Source of the DNA: Folioceros fuciformis
Taxonomy: Eukaryota
Assembly: GCA_049999805.1 (NCBI GenBank)
Contig: JBNGIO010004602.1
Span: forward strand, 1 to 64,000
DNA: 64,000 nucleotides
Reading direction: 5' to 3'
Shown here: positions 1-10,787 of the stretch, piece after piece
Position numbering within the stretch: position 1 is the stretch's first letter
Layout: each line of letters begins with the position of its first letter
Position numbers and translations under genes: made by a program
Notes under the pieces: generated by a model
The model's database searches: none
What the model saw: the letters and a program-made list of their open reading frames with translations, nothing else
Told to the model about the DNA's origin: nothing

Positions 1-2045
1 CGACTGGGCCCGGCTGGCTCCGCACCTTTCCGGCAGCCGAGAATTTGGACTCCGATTCGGAAACTCTACTCCACTGCACTGGCGTGCCCTGTCTGGCTGG
101 CGTGATTTCGAGCTGGCCCAATGCGCCGTGTCTGTGCACTCATACACGCATACATATGTACATATATTCTCCCGCGGCGCCCGGGTCTGCGCGCGCCAAG
201 CGAATCGCACCACGTGGCGCGTTATGAAGCTCCTGGGAGCGGCAGGTGGCGCCGCTCCTCCCGCTCTCACGTTTTCCTTGCACCGTTTTACCCCGCCAGC
301 CATTGACCCCGCGCCCTCTGCCCTCGCATATGCCTATTCTTGTTCTGTCTTGATACCCCAGTCCCAAATATACTAACATCGATTTACCACAGGTAAAAAA
401 ATGGAGCACATGTTATCGTCAATCAAATGGTACTCCCTCACTCTTCGACTATTTCTCTTATGTCTTTGACGATTTCTGCTATGCGTTAACCATATGTTAT
501 GTCTTAACTTCACTCATATATCATGAAATTATATATGATATCTGTAAAATAAATATAAATATAAATAATTGAACAAAAATTTATTTAAAAAAATTTATAA
601 AAAATTTATTTACTCTAAAAACAAAAGAAGATGATAAAAGTACTAGACCCTAAACGCAAAATACAAAATTACGTACAGTTCTCAAAAAATGATAAATTAT
701 ATTAATTTCAGTAGGTTAAATATTTTAAGAAAATATTTATTTATTTTAGTTTATTATATCATATATTATGTATTATAAATACAAGGTTATCTTGAAATGG
801 GATGTAACAAGAACTAAATAATCAGAAATTGTGTGATTAATATGTCATGAAGCTTGGTGTGAGTTAATTACTTAATTTTATATTAAAAATATAATAAAAA
901 GTTTATATGATACTAAATAATGATAATAATAGAGATATATATTTTCAAATAACTACATCATATTATCACGATGTGATGGTATTTGTATGTTTTGAATAAT
1001 GACGCATGTTTGCAGTATCCATACAACGTTACATTTATTGGAGATTGTTCTAGAAGCTTCTAAAGAGACTAATATTCTTAAGAATAACTTCGATTTGTCG
1101 TAACAATTCGTTACCTTGACAGAAGAATGTCGAAGACTCTGGCACAATGTTGACAAATTTGTGCAGTGTTTAAGAGAAGAAGGATGTTGGGAGGAAAGTC
1201 TGATGGATGGGATAACTTTTGTTTACCTGGAGAGAGAATATATAAACAGGTGTTGTGCAAAGAGGAGTGATTTTTCTTGGGAGGCTGAGCTCCGGGGAAG
1301 GCGCACACAGACAGTCGAGTGGACCAGAGGGGAGAAGGAGAGCTGGAGCAGGAGAAGGTGAGTGAAGGAGAAGGAGGCGAAGGAGGAGCAGGGGCAGGAG
1401 CTGCGTGCGCTTCTTGCCGTTCTCATCACGCCTTCCTGTGAGTGCCTCCTTCTTGAGCTCTTCTTTGTTTGCGCCTGCTGTCCCTCTGCCTCTTGTCACG
1501 CTTGCTGGGCTCGATTCTCTTCCTCGCCAGCTCGATCCTCCCGCGCTTGGCCGCATCGGATCCGCCTGCTCCCGAGCATTGCTCGCCCCATCTTGCCTCA
1601 TTGCCGCGACTGCAATGTGCGCAATTTTGCCTCGCTTTTTTCTGTCCGGATTGCGGTGCGGTGAGTGTTGAGCGGTGGCGCAGGCGCAGAGCGAGGAGGG
1701 GAGGAGGAGCGGGAGGGCGAGTGGAGGAGGAAGGGAAAGGGGAAGGGATAAGGGAAAGGGATAAGGGGAGGGTGGAATGTGGGGTGTGTTTTGTGTGTTT
1801 GTTGTTTGTGGCCGAGAGGTATACGGGATGTGGCGAGTGTGGAAGGAGTTGAGAATGGTGTGGCGGAAGGCTGAGGATGCAAGCAGTGACGGAGCTTGGT
1901 GCGTGTTGTTGTTGTCTGAGTTGTTCTGTGATCTCCTTGTGGCTGCAGGTGTGGCAGGGTGGTGCGTGGAGGAGGCCGTGGCTGCGCGCGTGTAGGGACT
2001 TGCATGGGTTGAAACGCGCGGTGCTGTTGCCACCGGACGCTCAGG

Positions 2046-5000
2046 ATGGGGGAAGCGGCAGAGGATACTGCTCCGCCTCAGGCGCTGCTGGAGCGGCTCA
2101 AGGATTTCGGCCAGGAACAGACGCTTGCGCACTGGCAAGAACTCAGCGACGAGGAGCGGGACTTGCTCGTCCGAGATCTCGAGGTGGCTGCCATTCTCTC
2201 GAAACCGCTGTCGTTGAGGTTGTGCGGGTCACCCACGCTGGCTGCTTGCTCCGTCCGTCCCAGCCGTCTGATGGCCCATGGACGGCCGAGGCAAAATTTG
2301 CGGTATCAGCTGTGTCATGGCCGCGGCGTCCTGACTTGATCGGAGTGGCGGTTTGTCCGGGGTTGGGTCGGGGGCGTCGGAAATTGAGCGTTACGTTTGT
2401 CTTCGTTTCCAGCTAGCCTTGCTTGTTGCGATGCGAGCTGCAGTTATGAGAGAGCTAATTGCAGCCGGAATGGCGTTTTCTGATACGAGTAGTTTTGGTG
2501 TACGCTATGTGGATGGGACCTTAATTCTGTGCATGGGGTGCAGGCGCTTGATCTGCCTCGAGTGGATCGTATTTTGAGGCAATCGTTGGTACCTTACGGT
2601 AAGACGGGCCCCCCATTTGCGTCGGGGGCTTTCAGATCCATGTTCCGTGCGGTTCCGCTGAGGACGGACGTTTCTGCAGATCTCATGTATGGCGAGCCAA
2701 CGGCTGTGGCCGGTGTGGCTACCATGGAAGATCGTACGCCCGAGGAGACTGAGAGGTGGTGGAAGACTGGGTTGAGGGCCATTGCAGAAGGAAAGTTGGC
2801 TGTTTTGCTTCTGTCTGGTGGCCAGGTACACGACAATCGCTGTCACTTTAATACGTGCTGCCCATTTGCTTGAAGCCTGTTCTCAAATCCCTTGATGCCG
2901 ATGCTCCACAGGGCACACGATTGGGGAGCTCGGATCCTAAAGGCTGTTACGGTATGCTACGTGCAAGAAGTTCTTGCTTTTGCGGATGTGTTGGAACATG
3001 GTTCTGATTCCCTGCTGTTTGGACGCCGACGAAACTTATGCGTGAAGTATGCACTCCTTATCAGTATTGACTGCGGACGTGGCCATGTCTGATCAGGCAT
3101 TGGGCTTCCCTCGGGAAAATCATTATTCCGACTGCAGGCAGAACGCATTCTCCGTGTACAGATGCTTGCAACACAGTTGTTTCCAAGTGGTAAAAGATAG
3201 AAAGCATGCTGTTGAGTCACACTCATGACTCCTTCTGGCTGTGGGGCGACTGAAACTCATCCTTAGAGATTGTTCATGTTGAAACATATTGATCCTGTTT
3301 GCAGGGAATCGTGTTCAAATCCCATGGTTCATTCTTACGAGCCCATTCACAGATCCCGCAACAAAAAAGTATTTTGACACGCACAAGTACTTTGGGCTGC
3401 AACCAGAACAGGCATGTTAAGTTTGAAGGTTTATGTGGGTTAGTGCTTGTCACGAACTGACGACATGGCTGAGTCTTCTTTCTCGGTTTGCCAGGTTTTC
3501 TTTTTCCAGCAAGCCACTTTACCGTGCCTGTCCAAGGAGGGTAGAGTCATTATGGAGAGTCCCTTCAAGGTGCTTTTTGTGCATATGTTTGTTAATTCTA
3601 CAGTGAGCAGCAAGGTTAAAGGTTTTTGAAGCTTCCTAGTTGCCATGGTAATAATTTGAAACCCAGGTTCCGGGTACCTGCATCTAACTGCTCTTGTCGG
3701 CTGGCAGGTTGCCAGGGCTCCTGATGGGAACGGAGGTGTGTATTCAGGTATAATGTTTCTTTTTATCATTATTTTGCACCCACAAGTTTGTTATTGACTT
3801 GAGCTAGGACTACGCAGGGCTTCTCGGACATAGATTTTCCCTTGTGTTCAGGCCAGCCGCTTAGTTGTTTTCATCAATTCTGATCAGTAGTTCCCATTGA
3901 AATTGCCTGTGCAGCACTTAAGCATTCAAAGGGTTTACAAGCTATGATCGGCAGGGGTGTGAAGTATGTGGACTGCTACAGCGTTGACAATGCACTGGTA
4001 GTTGCACAAAACTTTGAAGCTGTTTGTTCTTCCAAAGTCTCATAGTACGTTCGATTGTGATTCTGCACCTTACTTGCAGATGTTGATGCCAACTCTCCAT
4101 GCTTTTGTCTCAGGTGCGAGTAGCAGACCCGTTATTTTTGGGTTATGTCATCGACAAGGGCGTCTCATGTGCAGCGAAAGTGATTCAGAAGGTGGAGCCA
4201 GTAATCCAGTCATGGACCCTAAGGGTCTGAGTTCTCTTGCTTGCTCTGAGGAGTGCATAGTATGCCTGTGTGTCTTCTCATGCATCCAAACACGCAGGCA
4301 TATCCTCAAGAGAAAGTGGGGGTATTTGTTCAGCGTGGTAAAGGAGGCCCTGTAGCTGTAATGGAATACAGTGAACTTGACAGCAAAGCTCAGCATGCAA
4401 TCAATCAGGACACTGGACGTTTGTTGTACAAGTGGGCAAATGTATGCGATAACTCTTGGCTAGCAATCGTCTTCCATCAAGATTTGGATAATTTTGACTC
4501 TAGTCCTTGATAACCTGTGTATTGGTACTTGTAGATCTGCTTGCATATGTTCTCAATTGACTTCCTCAGCACTGTCATTGAAGAGCTCGAAAGGGACAGC
4601 ATGTCGGTAATCTCTCTCTGCAGTTGGTTCTTCTGTTGTATGTAGATTGTAGTCCGATTTCAATGCACTCAAAAGTTTTTGCAGTCTCTGAGGTCCGTCT
4701 GTGGCGGTCTGTTTATTTTGCCTTTGTTTGGACATCCAGATATCACTGTGCTCAAAAGAAGATCGCTTCTGTTGATGGCATAGTAGATGGCATCAAGTTG
4801 GAGCAGTTCATATTTGATGCGTTCCCTTATTCATCTTCTGTTGGCCTTTTTGAGGTTCTCCCATTCTATGCCACTGATGAATTTGAGTTCGTCTCTCTTT
4901 ATTCTGCAAGGTTCCCCGCGGCGTTGTCTCGTGGAAGGTTGACCACTTTAAAAATGATGGCTTCGTTATTGCCTGCAGGTATTGAGGGATGAGGAATTTG

Positions 5001-5317
5001 CGCCCGTAAAGAATGCTTCAGGTGCACAAGCAGATACTCCTGAAAGTGCTAGGCTTCTTCTTCTGAGGTTGCATATGCGCTGGGTCGTTGCTACGGGTGG
5101 TCTCGTGGCTCACACCGTACCTATCTCTTCAACTGGTATGCTTTTCTGAAATACTTTTCTTTCACCGAAAGGCTTTTTCTACTTGGCCTGGCGACTGAAA
5201 AATGTATAAATCCGTGCAGGACTCGAGGTGTCTCCGCTCCTCTCTTATGCTGGGGAAGGCTTAGAAGAAATTTGTCGGGGCAGGACGTTCCATGCCCCCA
5301 GCGAAATTACAGGTTAG
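2046..5317 (+). CDS. UAP1: UDP-N-acetylglucosamine pyrophosphorylase (UAP1/GlcNA.UT type), multi-exon
   Basis: Spliced exons give MGEAAEDT...LAVLLLSGGQ|GTRLGSSDPKGCY|IGLPSGKSLFRLQAERI...APDGNGGVYS...VDNAL|VRVADPLFLG...KLEQFIFDAFPY...EFAPVKNA...LEVSPLLSYAGEGLEEICRGRTFHAPSEITG*. ATG 2046, TAG 5315-5317. GT-AG introns plus one GC-AG intron (3412-3494). Confidence 0.95.
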
Positions 5318-5686
5318 GAGCCAGAGAAGCCATTGAAGTACAAACGCGGTAGCAAGGCACCTCTCAGGTGCCCCAGTTTTTCCTGTCCGTGACTGTTCGT
5401 GACAGATGTTCTCTCTGTCCCGTGGCCCGTGCCCTTGGCCATTCGAAGCAATGACGATGCTAGTAGCTCCCTGTAGTCGTGAAAATTGATCTAAATTAAC
5501 GTCAAAGTGAGGTCCACTGATGGACAGCTGAGAGAGCGAGGATTGAAGCACCAGCAAGATATCTAAGTTGACACAAAAAAAAAGTACTCTCAAACAGTAG
5601 CCCTTATTTATGCCATTGTTATCTGCCTGTTTGTACAGTTAGAGATGTCACAGGGAGAAGGCTTCTTGCAACCTTCAGGTATCCTG

Positions 5687-7386
5687 TCATCTACTAGACA
5701 GCTCTTGACAGAGATAGTCAGCGAACATCCTTCTTGCACTTTCGAAGTCTGATGGTGGAGGCGGTCCTGACAATCCAGATTGTCCAGCTAGCTTCAGAAA
5801 TGTTCTTCTGTGCCTGCGTAGTTCAGGTAATCCTACACTCCTATCCAAGCTGATGTGCAGCAGTCACACTAGTTAAGAGATTCTCAAAATCAAGTGCGGA
5901 AAACATCATCGTAAAAAAGTGTTTGAGCAGCGAATTTCGAAGGATATGATCGGAAGTCCTTTGCCCAAGCATAGAGTCTTGGCACCACCTCCCAAGCCCT
6001 CGGTCTGTGACTCGAAGAGAGTTGTTATGACTTCCTGAGGATACGCAACAAACAGTTGTCGAATGTTCTCAAGACGTGATACAGCCAGCCTGCAAGAGAG
6101 CACATGGTGAGGCTAAGCAAAACTGCACCTGAGTTGCTCGATTGAGTTCATAGAGGGAGTTGGTTTCCGAAACTCTCACCTGCAGTTCACACGGAGGACT
6201 GATCAAGCAGACGTGCTGGCCACAATCAAGTTTTACACCAACACGAAAGAAACACACTCAATATGCTCCACCATGGATGGAGAGAGCAGACACTACATAC
6301 ATTTTGCGTTGCTATTGTCGGTTGCAAGCGATGTCCACCTCGTGCACCATGGCCTCCCCTGCCTCTTAGAAATGACGAGATGTCCACTAACCCTTGAGAT
6401 GAGTCTTCAATTGGCGCTGTCAAAACAAGAGACGGGAGGCGTCATTGCTGAAAGATGAACCTGCGAGGAATGTTTGCAAGTTCATTCAACCAACAACGAA
6501 CCTAACTCCGGTTTCAATTCGAAAAGGGGAGAGTCCCAGCGGTTTCGATTGTCTGGCCTCTCAAACCGACAAACCAGGTCATCAAATCTGTGGCCATCAC
6601 ACCACAACAAAGGTTCACCAGGGAGGGCTGCAAGGCGGGCAACAAACTTCTACAACATCTCAGGAGATGCAAGAGCGTCATGGATGCCCTCATAAGGGAT
6701 CAGACACGAACATATGGTCCGAGTACGAAGGCTGATCAGCTTCCTGCCGGGCTTTGTTCCAAGCTCGGCAAACAACGTCTCCTGCATCACAATGCAGCTG
6801 AGAGCACCACAATTGGTGTTTGCAGGATTTTGAAATTTCGTCCGCATCCTAGTGATGTCACAGACTAACTTACAGCAGCCAAAACATAGCCCGTCTCCAG
6901 AACATTCAGACTTCTTACCACACAGTACTGCAATCCTGCTGCCCTTGCCAGGCACCACAGCTCATATCTGTAACCCTGTGACAGCACGCACATCCCAATT
7001 GCTCAATTGCAAACTTTGCCGTTGCCTTAGATCGTGTCATCCACTTGCTTTGTACCTTGATGTTGTTCAGAGAGTCCAGTATGACCACAGTGTCCTTGGA
7101 AAGAGCGCGATCCACAGCAGACCTGATCACTCCTCTCAAGTTCTTCTCACTTGGCATGTCTGCAAAATCCCCTTCCTCCTTAGCGTAAATCAGCGGTAAC
7201 CTATGGACCCCCTCACCTAGGCACAGCCCATAATCTACCTTTGTAGCTCTGGTTCCGATCCAGATTAAGGGAGGGCTCATCGATCACAGCCACGCACCGG
7301 CTATCCGTCTCCAGCGCGTTTGCAAGGCACCCAGAGGCTGTGCTCTTGCCGCTGCAGGGCTGCCCGCACACAACCACCAGCGCCAT
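5687..7386 (-). CDS. KTI12: KTI12/DRL1 Elongator-associated P-loop protein, multi-exon
   Basis: MALVVVCGQPCSGKS (P-loop), VILDSLNNIK|GYRYELWCLARA, RFERPDNRNRWDSPLF, LPELRRHRRTFLKL...MFADYL. ATG 7386, TGA 5687-5689. Confidence 0.93.
5855..5947 (-). other. U12-type (minor spliceosome) AT-AC intron in KTI12
   Basis: Minus-strand donor ATATCCTT at 5947-5940, branch-like TCTCTTAAC at 5880-5872, acceptor AC at 5856-5855. Removal joins ...KGLPI|ISLDRSVGLPELRR in frame. Confidence 0.88.
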
Positions 7387-7976
7387 GCCTTCTCTTAGCC
7401 CGAGAAATAACACTTCTCTATCTACGTATATACCCTCATTCCTGGTCCTCCTCCGACACTTGAAACTGGACCTGTGGGTCAATTCTTCTGGGGACACCAC
7501 GTGCATTCGCATGCATGTTGGGCATGCCACCACGCAAAATATCAATCATCCAGTGCCTTTCATCTTGAAAGCAAGACCTCATCCTTGGGGCAGCCGCTGT
7601 AGAACAAGGCAGGCCAGTAAGAGCACGTACCGTCAGGTGAATTGGTGCTGCAACAGACACTGTGCTGCACAACCTGGTGACGACTGTAAACAACGTTCGA
7701 CTAGGTGCCTGGAATATGCATCCAAACCAGTTCAAAACCTCAAAAGTTCCTGTTCAGCAGGCTCCAATGGTGGGGCTTTTTTTCTCCATAGACTGTCACG
7801 TTTGTGCTCAGAACTGACCTGCTACCTGAACATAGGTACAGTATGTTCAGGAAGGAAACATGTGTACAAGCTTAAATAGAATTCTTCTTCCTCCTTCTTT
7901 GGATGGCTTTGACTGACACTTGGCTGGAATGTGGGCAGTTATTTAACTATGCCATCTCCTGAGACTGTGGCAATCC

Positions 7977-10355
7977 ATGGATGCCGGGAGCTTTGCAACT
8001 GACTCACGAACAGGCCAACGTCCCGGTCATCTGGCTCTCAGGAAGCTGGCAAACAAGCGGAGGGAAGCCACGAGCTACCGGTGCAGCAGCTCATGTGGCA
8101 CAAAGCCAGCCCGTACGTTTGCAAGGGAACGCTTGGTAGTTGGATCGGGCAAAGGTAGTGGCCAACATCTCATATGGCTGCAACAGAACCAGAGCTCCCC
8201 TGTAATGCTGGACTTTGGTTTCCAGAGGGGCTTGTACGTGACGGCTGATACTGTGAGCAGGCAATGTGAACAGGGGCGTGTCTGGGAGGCTGTTGAGAGC
8301 TTGGGAGTTTTAGTGGAGACGGGCTGTGTTGTGTCAACAGGTCTGGTTTACGTTGTCCTTAAGAAATGTGTAGCTGACAAGGCTCTTCATCTGGGTCGGC
8401 GGGTCCATGCTTTAACCACGAAACTGGGGTATGAAGCGGATACCTTCCTGTGCAATCACATCCTGCGAATGTATGCATCTCATGGCAGGTTACAAGAAGC
8501 CATGGATGTCTTCACCATGGTTGCCCGACCGGATGCCTTCATGTGGTCGTCCATAATATCTGCCCATGTTAAAGAGGGGAGGGACAAGCAGGGCATACGA
8601 CTGTATTGGAGCATGCGCAGCACGTCATGTGTGGAGCCAGATGGGCATGTGTTTGTGGCCGTCCTCCAGGCCTGTGCAAGGGCAGCAGACTTGAAAGCTG
8701 GACAGCAGGTGCATGCTGATGTGTTGGCCGGTGGGGTTGAGCCTGATTCGTTCGTGTGTAATTCCTTGGTGGATATGTATGCAAAGTGCGGCAGCTTGGG
8801 AGACGCTCAGAAAGTATTTGACGACACTGCTAGAAAAGATGTAGTGACATGGAATACCATGATCGCTGGATATTCCCAGCAGGGCAGGGGAAAGGAAGCC
8901 CTTGGACTGTACGATGCTATGCAAGACCAAGGCATGGCTGCACCCGATTCTGTCACGTTTGTGTCCCTCCTGCAGGCTTGTGCAAGTTTGGGCAACTCGG
9001 CGTTGGAGAAGGGGAAGCAGCTTCACGCTCAACTCAGAGAACGTGGGGATGAGGCTGATCTGATTGTGGCAAACAGTCTGGTGAACATGTATGCAAAGTG
9101 TGGCAACTTGGATGCCGCTCAAAGAGTGTTTGATGGCCTCGAGCTGAAAGATGTGGTGACTTGGAGTGCTATGATGGCAGGGTATGCCCAGCAGGGACTG
9201 GGGCAGGATGCCCTTCGTCATTACAGCTCTATGCAAGAAGAAGGCATTGTTGCACCCAATTCCATGACTTTTGTGAGCCTCCTGCAGGCATGTGCAAGCA
9301 TGGGCACCACGGCTTTGGAGAAGGGGAAGCAAATTCATGCACAAATCAGAGAAGAAGGGCTTCAGGGCAATGTATTTGTAGCCAACAGCTTAGTAACCAT
9401 GTACGCCAAGTGCGGCAGCCTAGTGGAGGCTCAGGGCTTGTTTGACGGACTGTTGAAGAAAGACGTGGTGACATGGAATGCCATGATTGCAGGATATTCC
9501 CAGGAGGGCATGGGGCAGGAAGCTCTGTGTCTTTACCGGCAGATGAGAGAAGAGGGCATTGCATCTCCCAATTCTGTGACATTGGTGTGTCTCCTTCAGG
9601 CCTGTGCGAATGTGGGAGCGTTGCCTCTGGGAAGGCAGCTCCATGTACAGGTCAAAGAGCAAGGTCTTCAAGGTGAAACACTTGTGGCCATCAGTTTGAT
9701 CAACATGTATGCGAAGTGCGGGAGCATGGTTGAGGCGCACCAGGTGTTCGAGGACTTGTCTGAAAGAGACGTTGTTGCCTGGAATGCACTAATTGCCGGG
9801 TACACCCGCCGAGGAGACTGTGAAGTTGTCTTTAACTTGGTTCAAAGGATGCAGGAGGGGGGAACAAAGCCAAACGGTATCACCTTTCTCAGTGTTCTAA
9901 CAGCATGTAGTCATGCAGGTCTAGTGGAGAAGGGGAGGGAGTCCTTTTTGGCCATGAGCAAACAATGGGGCAGCCATCCCACGGTGGACCATTACAATTG
10001 CATGGTAGATCTACTGGGTCGTGCAGGACAATTGGTCGAGGCACTGACATTGGTCAGAACAATGCCTGTCTCGCCTAATGCTGCAATTTGGCACACTCTA
10101 CTGAGTGCTTGTTGTAAGTGGGTCAACGTGGAGGTGGGATGCCATGCTTTCATGGAAGCTGAGAAACTAGACGAGCAAGACGCCTCAGCTTATGTCTTGA
10201 TGTCCAACATATACACGGGTGCCAAGATGTGGCAGCAGGCAAAAGAGATGCAGGCACGTAGGAAAGGCATGAGGGCATGGAAACAGGCAGGCCAGAGCTG
10301 GTGGACAGACATTGATGGATCGGTGTACAGTTTCTTGGTTAGCATTCCCGACTAA
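7977..10355 (+). CDS. PLS-class PPR protein 1 (about 18 repeats, E1-E2, WW-type box, DYW absent); putative organellar RNA editing factor
   Basis: 792-aa intronless ORF with P (VVTWN..I.GY), L (.TFVSLLQAC) and S (..NSLVNMYAKCG) triplets, P2-L2-S2 (CSHAGLV; HYNCMVDLLGRAG), E1/E2 (AYVLMSNIY) and terminal QAGQSWWTD..G.VYSF. Confidence 0.93.
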   Translation: MDAGSFATDSRTGQRPGHLALRKLANKRREATSYRCSSSCGTKPARTFARERLVVGSGKGSGQHLIWLQQNQSSPVMLDFGFQRGLYVTADTVSRQCEQGRVWEAVESLGVLVETGCVVSTGLVYVVLKKCVADKALHLGRRVHALTTKLGYEADTFLCNHILRMYASHGRLQEAMDVFTMVARPDAFMWSSIISAHVKEGRDKQGIRLYWSMRSTSCVEPDGHVFVAVLQACARAADLKAGQQVHADVLAGGVEPDSFVCNSLVDMYAKCGSLGDAQKVFDDTARKDVVTWNTMIAGYSQQGRGKEALGLYDAMQDQGMAAPDSVTFVSLLQACASLGNSALEKGKQLHAQLRERGDEADLIVANSLVNMYAKCGNLDAAQRVFDGLELKDVVTWSAMMAGYAQQGLGQDALRHYSSMQEEGIVAPNSMTFVSLLQACASMGTTALEKGKQIHAQIREEGLQGNVFVANSLVTMYAKCGSLVEAQGLFDGLLKKDVVTWNAMIAGYSQEGMGQEALCLYRQMREEGIASPNSVTLVCLLQACANVGALPLGRQLHVQVKEQGLQGETLVAISLINMYAKCGSMVEAHQVFEDLSERDVVAWNALIAGYTRRGDCEVVFNLVQRMQEGGTKPNGITFLSVLTACSHAGLVEKGRESFLAMSKQWGSHPTVDHYNCMVDLLGRAGQLVEALTLVRTMPVSPNAAIWHTLLSACCKWVNVEVGCHAFMEAEKLDEQDASAYVLMSNIYTGAKMWQQAKEMQARRKGMRAWKQAGQSWWTDIDGSVYSFLVSIPD

Positions 10356-10518
10356 GCCCCAAACCCAAACTGCTTATTGCTTCAAAGAGGCATTTAGGGA
10401 GGATATGCGCTAGCTAGATCTGGGTTCGTTACCGGCTAGACTAAAGATTTTTGTGGGCATTCAATTATATGTACAGACTCTTCCTTCCGTCCAAACATCT
10501 TTACATCTGCAGGTTCCA

Positions 10519-10718
10519 GATTTGCAGACTTTGCTGGTTGCTTGTCAAAAGTGGAGAATTGTGGAGATGGGATGCCATGCTTTTGACGAAGCTCCGAAGC
10601 TGGAGCAGGCAGGCCAGAGATGCGTGCTAATGTCAAACATATACATCGGTGCTTAAATGTGTGAACAGACAGGCACAAGGCCTGAAAGCAAGCCGGCGGC
10701 CTAAGCTGGTGGACGTCA
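10519..10718 (+). pseudogene. Degenerate PPR E1-E2-WW box fragment
   Basis: LQTLLVACQKWRIVEMGCHAFDEAPKLE...VLMSNIYIGA*, followed by frameshifted KQAG/SWWT. Similar to the C-termini of the intact PPRs. Confidence 0.8.
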
Positions 10719-10787
10719 TGGCGGTTCAAATTGAATGAATCTTCATTAGATGGTAATAAGTATATACAATTATTTAACATTTATATA

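Noticed and set aside
236-258. GC-rich hairpin ggagcggc-N7-gccgctcc as a Helitron 3' end
   Set aside because: No CTRR terminus at the expected distance, and short GC stems are common in this region.
1116-1136. TTGACAGAAGA resembling miR156/157
   Set aside because: Only the first 11 nt match, and no complementary arm was seen.
1170-2138. 322-aa minus-strand ORF, and many other antisense ORFs over the PPRs and GC-rich exons
   Set aside because: Low-complexity shadow frames opposite real genes or leaders, with no recognisable domains.
10338-10343. Possible splice donor (GTTAGC) joining the PPRs to a shared DYW exon
   Set aside because: The equivalent sites in PPR3 and PPR4 are poor or shifted, I found no intact HxE/CxxC exon in the window, and in-place DYW fossils explain the truncation better. 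Not formally excluded without RNA data.
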